A DNA stretch of 63,767 nt, counting the filler, from Vannella sp. (taxonomy: Eukaryota), in the NCBI GenBank assembly GCA_023345925.1. It is 7 parts of 7 records of this genome, joined end to end, with 100 filler letters (N's around TTAATTAATTAA, not from the genome) between each part and the next. Parts side by side here need not be neighbours in the genome. Positions count along the whole stretch, not along the records: positions 22,049 to 36,291 come from JAJQQN010000594.1; positions 36,392 to 41,506 come from JAJQQN010000910.1; positions 41,607 to 45,576 come from JAJQQN010001112.1; 4 more parts are not named here. The stretch is one strand, 5' to 3'. Of this stretch, positions 33,744 to 45,676 are shown in pieces. The notes beneath the pieces are model-generated. The model was not told where the DNA came from. It saw nothing but the letters and a program-made list of their open reading frames with translations, and made no database searches. The position numbers were made by a program, and so were the translations under genes. Each line of letters opens with the position of its first letter. Positions within the stretch are counted from its first letter, which is position 1.

Positions 33744-36140
33744 ATGACTTCTGGGTCTCCGATGGAGCACCAAGTGAAGGACCGCGAGGATCACTTCTTC
33801 GGTGAGGAGAGGGAGAGCCGTCTTTTCTACTTAGCACAGCCGCTCCAAATTCCATCTCTGTGTGGTCTCTGTGTGGATGGAGTTGAAGTTCACCCATTCA
33901 GTTCTTCCTCGTTTCTGGGATCAAGTCCGGGGGCAGCTGTTTGTATCTCCAAGGATCGTGTGAGCTTCCGAAACCAACGCTGGCTTCCGCATCTTCGAGA
34001 TTACCTTCACGTTGCCACTGGAGAATTGAACGTCCCTCCAAACTTCCACGGCAATCCCAAACTCCAGGCTGCCATCTTTCAACGGGCAGGAGAAGCAGTT
34101 TCTCTCCCATTACCTGAACCCAACATCTTTCTCCGCTTACTCATTCAGCTTCCTTCCAAGTGCACTGGAGGAGCGTTCAGCGCCAGAGTCAACAAAGAGA
34201 ATCATTTGCTAGCCTTTGACGACAGCCAGACTATGTTTTGCTGCGGACTGGCGCTGTTTTTTGTCGGATTGGAAGTTTGCTTTGAAAAGTTAAGCTCAGG
34301 AGAGCGCACTCTTCTGGTCTTTGACTTGGACTGGATATCTTTTGGCTTCAATAGATCCCCTCCTACACTTGGTCTTCCCACACCAGCTTCTGAGCTCGCA
34401 GAGATCTTTGAGAAGTGGGAGAGCGCCAATCCTGTTTTCACTCTGCCCGCGCGTTCCCAAGCCGACAATTTGAAGATATTCTTCCAACCAAACAGTGAAT
34501 TCTTCGATCCAGCAGATGCTGCGATTATCGGGAGACTGATTGAGTGTAACGAATATCTTTCCGAAGATGCAAAGATCCGAGTATTTATCGGGAAACTCGA
34601 ACGGCGAACCAAGTATCCTGTGAGGAAGGCCTATTTTCACGAGAGGACGATCAACACCACCGTATTGCAGTGGTATGCTGTGGATCACGGACTTTGCTTC
34701 GATCCCGTTGCATTCTCTCTGAAAGAGAACCTTACCTCGCAGTTTCACTGGTCCTCCAAAAAGAATCATTATAGACTCGAAGAGACTACCGAAATAGAAT
34801 GTGCTTTGGCTATCTTCGTTCTACGGGCCAAGAGTATGTCAGAGATAATCTACTCTGGCAAAGATCGCTTTTCAACCTTGACGCGTTTAGTTCTGACTTT
34901 CGGACCGGATAATCCAAAAGTTCGCTCTGAAGTTACTTGGTTCTTTATTCATGAGCAAGATTGTCTACTGCGCGTGCAACGGCTCCTTCAAGGGTCAGCA
35001 TCAGCTATCTTGTTTGGTATGGACTCACTGATTGGTAAATTACACTTCCTTGAGAAAATTTTTTACCCACTTTGGTTAGGACGCTTCATCAGAGATTCTG
35101 TCAGTGCAGAAGAAATAGAGCTTCAAGAGAGATGGCTCCAAGCTGCTGAAAATGAATATTCATTCAATCGTGTATATTTACCCGAATTAATCGCTCAGCT
35201 GATCCGACGTGACATTCCTCTTTCCATGAAAATCCGACTCTCCAACATTATAAGGCGATGCCCGGGATTTGGTGAGCAGTTCTCCTACAAGTTACAATAC
35301 CAGCTCCTAAAGGACCATCCTTGGAGTCTCCTTGAGGAAGCTTTAGGGCTGGAAAGTAGATCTGATTGGAAATTCATCATTGATCTTCTCCGCGGAAAAT
35401 ATCTTGACGCATACCAACATGATTTGGATCCCTCCCTGAAAGCCGCACACCATTCGATGAGGGAAGAAGGAATTCCGCAACTAATTGCAATGTGGATCGG
35501 TGAAACCGAGAAATGGGATGTTCATTTGACGCCACTCAACGAAATATTAAGTCGGTGTCTCAGGTGTGGACTTGATGCGACTGTTGATGAATTAGCCAAC
35601 AAACGGATTCCTTTCCTTTCTGAAAAAGAAAACCATGAGTTGGTGTGGGCTAGAGGTAAGTTTCCGGACAGCCATTCTTTGCGCACGATTGTCAAGCTCG
35701 CAGTGCGCGAGCGGCTTGTAAAACTGAAGTACATCGTGGCGTCCGAGGGACAGAAATTCGACGGATCTTATCCTCATGCAGTTTGTAATGACCCTGATGT
35801 CCAGGCATTCTTGAGAGGCAAGGAGGAAAGTTTTGCTATTGAGTGTAAATCGTACGATTTTCGACAAAAAATCCGCTCCACCTACAAGTGGCAAGTCCTT
35901 TGCACCTGCCAATTTCACATCGAAAGCACTCGAAACTGTAAGCTAGATCCAGCCTTCTCAGTGAAAATGCGACGGGAAGAGAGTCAACTCATTCTCACAA
36001 AGTCTGACGCTTACTTTCTCCTTCAGCAAAGGCTCATGGATCAACGCAAAGAGGAGCTTGCTGCACTAATCTTACTGTCAGGCTCTACAAAGCGAGTTCT
36101 ACCGCCGATTCTTAGCCCCACCAAACGAATCTGTGCTTGA
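33744..36140 (+). CDS. 798-aa intronless protein with a degenerate 2OG-Fe(II) oxygenase-like N-terminal domain
   Basis: LLIQLPSKCTGG and EKLSSGERTLLVFDL resemble DSBH strands of the 2OG-FeII family; C-terminal PDVQAFLRG. Confidence 0.65.
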   Translation: MTSGSPMEHQVKDREDHFFGEERESRLFYLAQPLQIPSLCGLCVDGVEVHPFSSSSFLGSSPGAAVCISKDRVSFRNQRWLPHLRDYLHVATGELNVPPNFHGNPKLQAAIFQRAGEAVSLPLPEPNIFLRLLIQLPSKCTGGAFSARVNKENHLLAFDDSQTMFCCGLALFFVGLEVCFEKLSSGERTLLVFDLDWISFGFNRSPPTLGLPTPASELAEIFEKWESANPVFTLPARSQADNLKIFFQPNSEFFDPADAAIIGRLIECNEYLSEDAKIRVFIGKLERRTKYPVRKAYFHERTINTTVLQWYAVDHGLCFDPVAFSLKENLTSQFHWSSKKNHYRLEETTEIECALAIFVLRAKSMSEIIYSGKDRFSTLTRLVLTFGPDNPKVRSEVTWFFIHEQDCLLRVQRLLQGSASAILFGMDSLIGKLHFLEKIFYPLWLGRFIRDSVSAEEIELQERWLQAAENEYSFNRVYLPELIAQLIRRDIPLSMKIRLSNIIRRCPGFGEQFSYKLQYQLLKDHPWSLLEEALGLESRSDWKFIIDLLRGKYLDAYQHDLDPSLKAAHHSMREEGIPQLIAMWIGETEKWDVHLTPLNEILSRCLRCGLDATVDELANKRIPFLSEKENHELVWARGKFPDSHSLRTIVKLAVRERLVKLKYIVASEGQKFDGSYPHAVCNDPDVQAFLRGKEESFAIECKSYDFRQKIRSTYKWQVLCTCQFHIESTRNCKLDPAFSVKMRREESQLILTKSDAYFLLQQRLMDQRKEELAALILLSGSTKRVLPPILSPTKRICA

Positions 36141-36291
36141 AGGCAAACCATCATGTTGCCAAAGAGACGCTAATCTGTTTCTTTGTCTGGAGATTAGTCC
36201 TCAAAAAGCACATTTCTGCGAATCTGCTTTGCTGGAACGACGATCTTGGAGCCTCTGTGGAAGAAGGTGCCCACGGATACCTTATTACTTC

Positions 36292-36391
36292 NNNNNNNNN
36301 NNNNNNNNNNNNNNNNNNNNNNNNNNNNNNNNNNNTTAATTAATTAANNNNNNNNNNNNNNNNNNNNNNNNNNNNNNNNNNNNNNNNNNNN
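36292..36391. other. Artificial contig spacer
   Basis: N-TTAATTAATTAA-N, 100 nt. Confidence 0.99.
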
Positions 36392-36535
36392 CCACTCCAC
36401 AGCGGTCGGTTCCGACACAACAGAAGCATGTCCTAGACCCAGCTGACCAAAGCAGTTGTCACCAAAAGCCAGCAACTCATCTCCACTACGGATGAACGAT
36501 GAATAGGACGGCGCACTCAAGAACATCAGACACAC
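36392..36535 (-). CDS. RCC1-repeat protein, N-terminal fragment at contig edge
   Basis: LLAFGDNCFGQLGLGH. Confidence 0.75.
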
Positions 36536-36554
36536 AAGAAAATGACAAAAAAAA

Positions 36555-36597
36555 TGGCCAAATCAACATCCATTTATTTGATGTGTTGATTTGGCCA
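36555..36597. repeat. Perfect 14-bp inverted repeat between divergent genes
   Basis: TGGCCAAATCAACA (36555-36568) and TGTTGATTTGGCCA (36584-36597), 15-nt loop. Confidence 0.9.
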
Positions 36598-36635
36598 GTT
36601 AAATGGATATCCGGTGGTCATTTTTTGTCCACAGA

Positions 36636-36857
36636 ATGATCGAGGTGGTGCTGAACGACCGGTTGGGGAAGAAGGTTCGGGTGAAGTGCAATGAGGACGA
36701 CACCGTTGGCGACCTGAAGAAGTTGGTGGCAGCACAAACGGGGACCAGGCCAGAGAAGATCCGCATCCAGAAGTGGCATACGATCTACAAAGATCACATT
36801 ACTCTCGCGGACTACGAGATCCACGATGGGATGGGCCTCGAACTGTACTACAACTAA
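36636..36857 (+). CDS. UBL5: Ubiquitin-like protein 5 (Hub1)
   Basis: [18 protein letters not shown]...[14 protein letters not shown]. Confidence 0.98.
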   Translation: MIEVVLNDRLGKKVRVKCNEDDTVGDLKKLVAAQTGTRPEKIRIQKWHTIYKDHITLADYEIHDGMGLELYYN

Positions 36858-36922
36858 TACACTCATCTGGCAAGTTGTCACTTTAGTAGAAAGAAGGAGC
36901 TCTCTTGTCCTGGGACAACCAG

Positions 36923-39900
36923 CTAGGGCTCTCTAGCGAAGGAGGGTTAGCTTCTTTCTCCTCTCAGTCCCTCGAGGGTTAACATACATGTCTTTCAGTG
37001 CACATCCACGTGGCTCTCGCTTAGTGGAGAGAGCATAGAGAGGTGTCTCTTCCATGAAGGAGAACTCTCGAGTGAAAGTGTACTCCAACGGGGCAATGGG
37101 GTAATCATACGGGGAGCCTTGGAAACGCAGGGCGTTCCTGACTACTTTAGCCACCAGCTTTTGCTTGGTAAAGTTGATGCGCCCATCCTCAAGCAGAGTC
37201 TTGTTCCCGTCCTCAGTGTAGACAAGGTCGGTCAGGGTGATTCCCCTTCCCATTCCCGTTAGCAGCTCGCTGTGCATCACGGAGCAGAGGAACCTACAGA
37301 TAAGGTACTGCGGTAGATGCCTCATTCAAGGTCTTCAGATGTTCGCGATACGCCTTCCACGAAGAGGAACCTTCGAACAGAGCTGTGAACTCATCCATAG
37401 CCAAGCGGCTCTTCTTCTTGAGAGCACCGAAAGTGTGCTTCAAACGAACCACCGCTGAGATCTCCAGAGCTGCATAGATGCCCATCAGAGAGTGGAAGTT
37501 GTTCTCAGCCAGGAAGATCTTCCCACACAAAGTCAGCCAGCGGACGGAAAGGAGGGAGTCCGTACTTTGCCCATTCGAATGAACTTCTCAAGCACCTCCA
37601 CCCTCTGTTTGAGACTGGCCGGCCATACAATGTGAGACGCCACCCAAATAGTGAATCGGTTCAGTCGCTGGACCATTTGGTTCACATGGACGGACCGATA
37701 TTGATGTTTTCCTGACCAAGCTGTCTGCAACAGCTCCCAAGGCTGCGCGATCCCACTCCCACGTCAGGTTCACTTCTGAGGATGTTGAAGAGCCCCACCA
37801 AAATGCATCGGTAGAGTTGTGAGTCCACCAAAGTGATCATTTGAGCGAGTTTGAGAGTGTCCATCTCAAGGAAGTGGACAGACTCGAACCTCTTGAGGAG
37901 AGAACTGTCGTGGATTGTCAGGCAGGCAGTCGTCTTCCGTCTCTGCATCTACCCTGAGGGGTTAGTAAAAACACCAAAAAGGTGTTACAACTTACAGCAG
38001 CTTCGAGGTCCTTCTGTAGAGAGGAAACAAGAGCCACAGAGGGACCATCGAACTTTTCTGTCGTACAGAAAGTCTTGAGAGATTCGAACATTTCCGTATC
38101 AAAGTCCTCTTCCTTTTGGAAAGTGAGTTCCAGGAGCCTTTGTAAGTGCAAGTTTGGTACTCACACAGGATTGGAGCATTTCTCGCATTGCAACTACACA
38201 GCGGAACTGGATACGGGAAGATTGCCTTTCGTATTCTTGAGGGACACGGAAGCGCTGCATCAGCTTCTTCAACAAGTTGAAGGGATGAATGTAGGACCTG
38301 TAAGTGAGGAAGAGGGCCGAGTTGAACTCATTTTCAACGACAACGGTATCTGTTAGGGCCTCCACGAGAGAGTTGATTGAGCCTTTGGTCAATGTCTTGG
38401 GAGATTCTACATCAAACTTGTTCCGAGTCTTTGCTTCATCCCAAATGGGCACGGAATTGTCCACAGGACAGGAATCTTGCATCCTCTCCTCCGTGATTAA
38501 AGAGAAGTTCTCTTGAGCTTGCAAGAAGGCTCGAACGACATGCACGAACCGTTGAATGCAGATTTCCATGTACAAGAAAGTAGGCTGAGAGATGTCTTTC
38601 TGGAAGCAGTTGAAGAGGGAGATGATTTGACTTGCTAGTGTGGTCATGAGAATCTTGTTCTCCACTAACACCTTTCGGACCACGCGATAGACCGATTCCC
38701 ACCCATCAATCCGACATCCAACAATAATCGAAGTATCTGGCGATAACTCAATAGGCTGGAAGAGGGTGAGCAGTGGAAAGGGTTCGGTGGGGGATACGAA
38801 CCTCTGAGAGCTCGACATAGTTCTTCTGAACCATCTGAACCTCAATTTTCTCCACGTGGGAAGGAGGGAGGTTCTCAATACGGATGCCAGAAGCCCACAT
38901 GTTGCATTGAGCCAATACGCCCAATAAGCGGCTGGCTTCATCGTAATTCTTCTTCATAGACTGTGGCGTGACCATCACTGCACCAAATATGAGAATAAAT
39001 CGGAGCTGAAGTTTGTTGACATACTTCCCAACTCTGCAATGAGAGTGACTGACGAATGGAACGAGTGAACCAAGCCTGGAAGGTCCTGGAGGGTGGGAAC
39101 TATCCGCATGGAAGGTTCTGCAGCGGGCCGAGAAGTGGAATCTGCTTCTGGACGAGCTCTTTCCTCTTCTGGATTGTCATCAGCCAGCATCTTCAACTCT
39201 GCCGAAGACTGCATCGAACTAATCATTGTTGTGGTCACTAAATCATCCACAATGGACGGTCTCCGCTTCAAGAGCGTTCGGAAACCTTTGATTCGGGAGA
39301 TCTGCGAGACAGAAGGGCGCTTCTCTCTCCGAGACTTGGAGGAGATCGTTCCGGAGTCATCCCGCGACTCTTTCTTCTGCCGATTGCGGCTTGGCGAGGC
39401 GACTAGATCAGGCGCTGACTCAACAAGAGCCTCTCGAGATTCAACAGAGTCTTGAGACCTGCCAGCAGCGTGAGTAGATGAGCGCTCTCTGTTTGTTTGC
39501 GATCCATCGCGCCTTGATTCAGGTATGACGGCAGGAATGGTGACCATGGAGCCACGCAGAGTTTCGCTAATAAAGCGGCTCGAAGTTTCAGAACCAAAGT
39601 ACTGGAGCGTGTCAGGGCAGGGTAGAATGGCTTGCAGGTCGGAGAGGATTGCCCCTTGGTTTGATCCCATCAGTTCCCACTGGGTCTTGAAGGGTGGGAG
39701 GTCCTTGCAAAGCACTTTGACTAGCTGGTTTACGGCTACGATGTTCTCCAGCACCTGCATGCAATGGACTGTGCGGTGAATGTTCTTGGAGAGGCCCGCG
39801 TGGGACCGTACAGAGTAACGAGGGAGAGCTTTGCGGTACGTGTTCATGATAGTAAAGATGAGGATCTCTTCGAGAGCGATGACAAGCTTGCTCTTCGCTT

Positions 39901-40623
39901 CTATTTGAAACTTGGTCAAGCCCACTGCTCTCTGCATTCCAGGACTTCTGCCACCTTCATCACTATCCTGCTTACGAACAGAGATGAGGAATACTTCTGC
40001 AGCTTGTCTGAGATCGTCTTGTGAGCTGTCACAGCCTTTCTTCTCGGAAGTGAAGACGAGAAGCGCCACTGACTCGCTAAAGGACATCATCTCACGAGCT
40101 CCTGCACTCGATTGAAGGTTAGAGGCCTTCTCGGAGATACTTTGGACTGTTTCAAGCAGGAGAACCTGCTCAGGAGTGAGCCTGCCGCCTCGGCTTTGTT
40201 TGACAAGGAACAACTGCGCAATCAAGCAGAAGAGGGTGTTACCCAGCTTCTCAAGATGATCTTGGAGTTCTTGTCGTGCAAGGTAAGCTTCAGGGTTGCT
40301 CAGAACGGTCTTGGTAAGCTTGATAAGGTCGACCACTTGTTTCTGAACCTTTGACGCAGTACTCAGGATGAAGGAGTTGAGGAGGTCCTCGTAAGGCTTG
40401 GTGCCTGGCTTCGTCGTGGTCATAACCTATCTAAAGCTTAGCTGGGCCGGGGACAACCATCGAGAGAACGTACATCTTTCGCGAAAGCATCCGCAAGGAG
40501 CGCCAGGTCGCGTGATAAAGGCGACAGCATCTGCTGATTATGCACGTTTATGGTTGACAGTCTCACTCCGATCATGAGCAGCGAGCGAGCCTGCTCCACG
40601 CGCTTGGAGAACAAGGTCGGCAT
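36923..40623 (-). CDS. Large RasGEF (helical N-terminus, REM and CDC25 domains)
   Basis: LFLTYRSYIHP (REM), LAQMITLVD, NNFHSLMGI, VPYL|GITLTDLVYTEDGN and INFTK; many introns. Confidence 0.9.
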
Positions 40624-40837
40624 GCCCGCTTTGCCGGCTCTGCGCCCACCAGAAAGTGGAAATCGGCCGGACACGATCGATGTCAGTCAGATGGAAACTT
40701 CTTGGCTTTCCCACACCAAGTGCGGTCGCCCATGCTCTGCAGGCCAGCACTGGACACAGGAGGAAGGTCAACTCGACAAGCAACAAGGTGACATCACTCA
40801 TGACAGCTGAAACAAGTAGGACTCCTGTTCTATTCAT

Positions 40838-41470
40838 CTACATCCAGAAGAACCAACAAGAGACAGGGCGCGTTCTGGACAGCCCAACTGAGATGACAAA
40901 CAAGTTGTATGTAATGAAAGAAAAGTCACCAAGTGGTGTCGATGAAGTCAAAAGAAGAGCAGATTCCAAAGAGGCGATTCCGCGAATGCGCGCCACATCA
41001 ATGGGGGTCAAACCATTGGCATCAGCGAGAGAGGGATCAGCTCGATGATCCAGAAGGAGAGACCAAAGCACTCTATTGAGGATGAATGTCCACTTTGTCT
41101 TGCACTTCGTGGAGCCACCAACCAGTCAATCTGTATTTGGCTGTCCCTTCTTGCATATCCTTTCTTGTCACTTCCAATCGCTCCTTGTAAATCTGAAGCG
41201 TGGACAAAAGCGCTCTCGCAGAGTTTCTCCTTTTGCAGAAGACTTTGATTCTTTCAACCGACTCACGCTTTGATGGAAGGACGGGATGAACAGGCGGGAT
41301 TTCTCAATCTTTGAGATAAAGTTCTCGATTTCAGTGTTATATGCTTTGTTAAGCTGAACCAGGAGCTCATCAGGAATCTGGCCGTTTAAAATGCTCTCAC
41401 AAACTGCTCCGGTATGTTTCAGAGACAATTGCAAGATCAAAGGCAAGGAATCCTCGCCTGGGAATCCCAT
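40838..41470 (-). CDS. Ankyrin-repeat-containing fragment, possibly a pseudogene
   Basis: LLLDHRADPSLADANGLTPIDVA; the link to the upstream ORF is unclear. Confidence 0.4.
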
Positions 41471-41506
41471 GAGAGTTAAAATTCGGCAGTCAAACTTGAC
41501 ACTTGG

Positions 41507-41606
41507 NNNNNNNNNNNNNNNNNNNNNNNNNNNNNNNNNNNNNNNNNNNNTTAATTAATTAANNNNNNNNNNNNNNNNNNNNNNNNNNNNNNNNNNNNNN
41601 NNNNNN
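41507..41606. other. Artificial contig spacer
   Basis: N-TTAATTAATTAA-N, 100 nt. Confidence 0.99.
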
Positions 41607-42183
41607 AGAGGTCGGGTTGGCCTGCGCCTCCATGATCCGCTCAACCTCCGCGATCGCTTGCGACAGGGACTCACGAGAAGGTGCTTCGATGTGAAGATGA
41701 AGCACCTCGTTCTCGTCAACAACCGTCTGATGAGGAGGATGATAGACACCTCGAACGACAAGAGTGGCTCCAGTTCGATCCAAGATCTTTGCTGAGAGGG
41801 TTAGTTGGTTCCTAGATCAGGTTGCCAGAGCTTACCTCCAAGTGTGCTTCCTTTCTGGTGAGATAAGACCTTGCAGGGGACTCATTGATGTTGATATCGT
41901 GCTCGAGGCGCACAAAAGGTCCTGTGAGAGGAGGCTGGTCCTGGGCCAGCTGATCAACACAGCCAGGTTAGAGTGTTCTACTCGTAGAAGACTATCGTCA
42001 CGAACTTACCGCCTCCAGGGTCTGGCTGCTGTAGTTTGCAGCGGAGACCGGGGCGCTTGGTGGTGGAGGCGGAGGCGGCGTTGGCTCGTCCGCAGGTTCA
42101 TCCCACCGTCTCTTCCTACACACATTAGAAAGCCCAAGCACTCTCCCCACTCACCTCCTCTCCCTCGAAGGCGAGTCCGACAT
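41607..42183 (-). CDS. KHDC4/BLOM7-like KH-domain RNA-binding protein (3'-truncated)
   Basis: RRWDEP near the N-terminus, Pro run, ARSYLTRKETH and TGATLVVRGVY..LHLHIEA. Confidence 0.7.
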
Positions 42184-42301
42184 GACAAGAGGAAATGACC
42201 CAAATCAAGCTCTCTCCCCTTTCCCTCTCACTAAACAGATGAACCAAGCTCATGGGAACGACCAAAAGGGCTTGTATGAGGACAAGCTTTGGCCCTGACG
42301 G

Positions 42302-42798
42302 TCACTCGATCATCTCTTTGCTGGACATGGCTTGTTCTTCGCCAAGGGCGGCCAGCACACTGACAAGGAGGAGCTTTCCGTCTTCAAAGTCGGCTAGGAG
42401 CTTCTTGCCGACGTCTCCAGCCGGGACTTTGAGGTCGGCGCGAGTTCCCTTCCCGTCGGGAAGGAGAAGGGAGAGATAACCGTCATCGCTGACGTCGAGA
42501 AGCTGTGGAAGATGAGTATTGTTGCATCAATGAGGGAACGCTGGCTGCTTACCTGGTACTCTTCTCTCTTGACGACCGGGACGCTCATGTTATGAGTGGA
42601 AGGGCAGATATCTTCGTACTTCTTGCCATTGAACAGGTCCAAAGCAATCATGTTGACCTTAGCGTGGCCGTGCTTGCCAGTCTTGGAAGTTGAAGTGTCG
42701 ACAACCTTGCAGGGTCTGGACTTGATCACCACAAAACCGCCTTTCTTGATGGCAGAGCACTGCATTGGATAGGTTTGGGTTGCAGTTTCGGCAGGCAT
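42302..42798 (-). CDS. EIF5A: Translation factor eIF5A (1 intron)
   Basis: Hypusine motif [12 protein letters not shown]. Confidence 0.98.
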
Positions 42799-43145
42799 GA
42801 TGATACAGGCAAAAGCAAATGACTTTCCAGTTTCTCTTTTCTGAATCACCCCAGTCCGGAATTTGGGAAGATTGCCGGAATGGCAATCCCAACTTTTCCT
42901 GCAACGCAAAAGGGGTATCAATTTGATACATTCCTGGAGTTTTTGCTGGGGACCAAGTTGGATCTGAGGATAGAATCAGGTTGGATCTCCTGTACAGGCA
43001 GGTTGCTCTGAATAAAACGTAGAAGCAACCTTTCGCTGAACATCCAGAATGATGAACACGTAGTGCTTGAATTGTCTCTAATTATATACTGTTTATGTCC
43101 ATTGAGATGAGCAAAGATTTCACAGAGTGTGTATGTCTCCTTACT

Positions 43146-45051
43146 TCAAAGCTTCGACAAACTGGCACTTCGTTCTTGGTGGAGGAGGTCTGCTAGAAAG
43201 TTGACAACTGCGTCACTGAGTGCAAGAGTTCGAGGAGAAACTACAAAGTTGAACGCGTGGTGCGTTGCTGGAAGCTTGACAAAAAGATCTTTCGAGTTCC
43301 AAGCGTTTTCTCGTTCATCCGAGTCTGGGAGCTCCTCAGTTGCAGCTAAAACCCCGGAAAGAGTTTTTGAAACAGAGCTCTTCGAGTCCAAATGCCTCTG
43401 TTTGGTGAGGAGGCGGAAAAAGTGCCTGCCATCTTCATAGGGAACTAAAGTATCGATTGTTCCATGAACGATCATAAAACGCGGAAGGGGGTGCGTTCCT
43501 TCAATTCGCCACATGGGGGATGCCTTTCGGAAGACTTCTGGATGTTTCGCCAAGTCACTGCGTAGAACTACTTTCTCGATGAAGTGCCGAATGTTCTTTC
43601 CTTTGGCAATGTAGAGCTCCTTATGGTCCGTCAAGTCCATAACACCATAAAGATTTACACATCCCTTCACCGAAGTGTCCATATCCTCAAAACCAGGCTG
43701 ATATTCGGGCAAGTTGGGGGTGAGTGCCAGCAGACTGGAGAGGTGACCTCCTGCGGATTCTCCACCACAGACAATAAAATTCGGATCCCCTCCATACTCT
43801 GCGATATGCTCACGCACCCACTTGACAGCTGGGCTATTTCAGGTACAGAAAACACACTTGGAGGAAGTCACATACCTAGTTTGCAGTCCATTAGTTGCTC
43901 TGGATAGGCACGCACTTTTGGAGCCAATCGATAATTAATGGTTGCAACTATCCATCCACTCCGCGCTACGGAGTAGAGCAAAGGGAGGGAATGGTAACTT
44001 CGATGACCAAAGACCCACGCCCCTCCATGGATGTACAAGAACACTGGCGCCTTTTCCATCCTAGAGGGCCGTCAATAAAGCAATCCATTTCCCGAAAAGG
44101 CTTACTTCTTCGTTGGATGCCACCAAAGATCTAATCGGAGCCTTTTGTTTTCCTCCTTCTCCTCCATGGAGCGAGGAACATGTGCGAAAGTCACTCCCTT
44201 ACGAGACTGGAGGCCTCTACGAAGTAGAAAGCTGGCTGGGAGGGCATAAAGAAGAAGTTTACGCCAGTTCCAAGGAGGAATCTGCCTGACAGAGGCGATC
44301 TTAGCCCTGGTCAGCACCTTTTGGAATCTTGAGACGCTTTGGATGTTGTAAAACACCATCATAGAGAAGCAGAAAGCACTCCAACTCGAGAAGAGCACTC
44401 CTAACATCAGCCAGCCGCGTCGCCAACCGGACGAAAGGGCTTCTCTTTCATGTAGAGGCTCTGTGGATGAGCGGAGATGTTTCTTGAGGAGCGAGGGCAA
44501 GTAGATCATCGAAAGTAAACCTTGAAGGAGGAGAAAGTGGAGAGGCAACTCGGAGGGAATCATGGAAACAAAGAAAGTGGAGGTTCCTTGGAGTAAAGCA
44601 GTGTCAAAGAGGGCACGATGTCCCAACAAACTCATGACAGCACTCAAGAGGCAGAACCTTGCCTCCTGGTGCCAAATACGATCCATCAAGCGGTCAGGAA
44701 AGAAAGATCCCGCCACGAAGGAGGAATGTGCTTTGTGGAGGAGCAGCAAAGATAAGGTTAATATTGGCCATTCCGCCTGTCAAATGAAGGAACGGAACGC
44801 GGGAAGGAGGGAACGAGGGAAAGAGGGAAGGCGGGAAAAAATCAATTGAGAACGGGCGAGTGTGCGGAACCACTCTGCCGTGATACCGACGCCTTTGTGG
44901 GTAGGAGAGAGAGTTCCGTTCCAATGCTCTGCATCATTTGTGAGGAAATGCACCAAAAGAATCCTTTTTTCGTTGTTACTTGGGCATCAATAACAGGCGA
45001 TTCTTCTGGTTCCTCCCAAGGGAGCTGACCTTCGTTTGACCGCATCATCAC
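43146..45051 (-). CDS. Membrane-anchored alpha/beta-hydrolase (HSL-like esterase); start uncertain
   Basis: HGGAW, GESAGGHL, HGTIDTLVP and HHAF motifs; hydrophobic N-terminal segments. Confidence 0.85.
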
Positions 45052-45576
45052 ATGGCATCAACTATCAAACTATCTCTCACTGACAAAGTGCATTGGTTGA
45101 AGTCTCCTTGTCGGAGTGTTCATGGTTTTGCGTGAGGCCAGTCTTCGCGGTACCAGCGCTCCAAAGCTCTCCAGTGCTATCGATAGGTTGGTGAATCCAC
45201 TTTCTGCATGTGACCCAGAGCAACCTGAGCTAGTTGACTCAAGCCCACTAACTCGCCAACATTGATTGCATCGTGGTTCAGATTGGTTTTTGGAAAACAA
45301 ACTTCCTGTGGTATCACTGTCAAGTGAGATAGTCGCTCTAAGCCTTGAAGAGCTGCTCAAACAGGAAGCTGGAACTTAACAGCGAAACAGAAGAGCTTCC
45401 TGACGACTGACCAAGTGAATCCACTGTTACTGACATCAATGTGATCGAGATTCCGCTCCAATGGATCAACCAGTACTCCCTGCGTGGTGAAAATGGCACA
45501 AAGAGGACACTGAAAAGCTTTAGGTTATTTCATGCCTGCAAGCGAAATTTTTGTGCGAACAGGAGAGCGCGAAACA

Positions 45577-45676
45577 NNNNNNNNNNNNNNNNNNNNNNNN
45601 NNNNNNNNNNNNNNNNNNNNTTAATTAATTAANNNNNNNNNNNNNNNNNNNNNNNNNNNNNNNNNNNNNNNNNNNN
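45577..45676. other. Artificial contig spacer
   Basis: N-TTAATTAATTAA-N, 100 nt. Confidence 0.99.
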
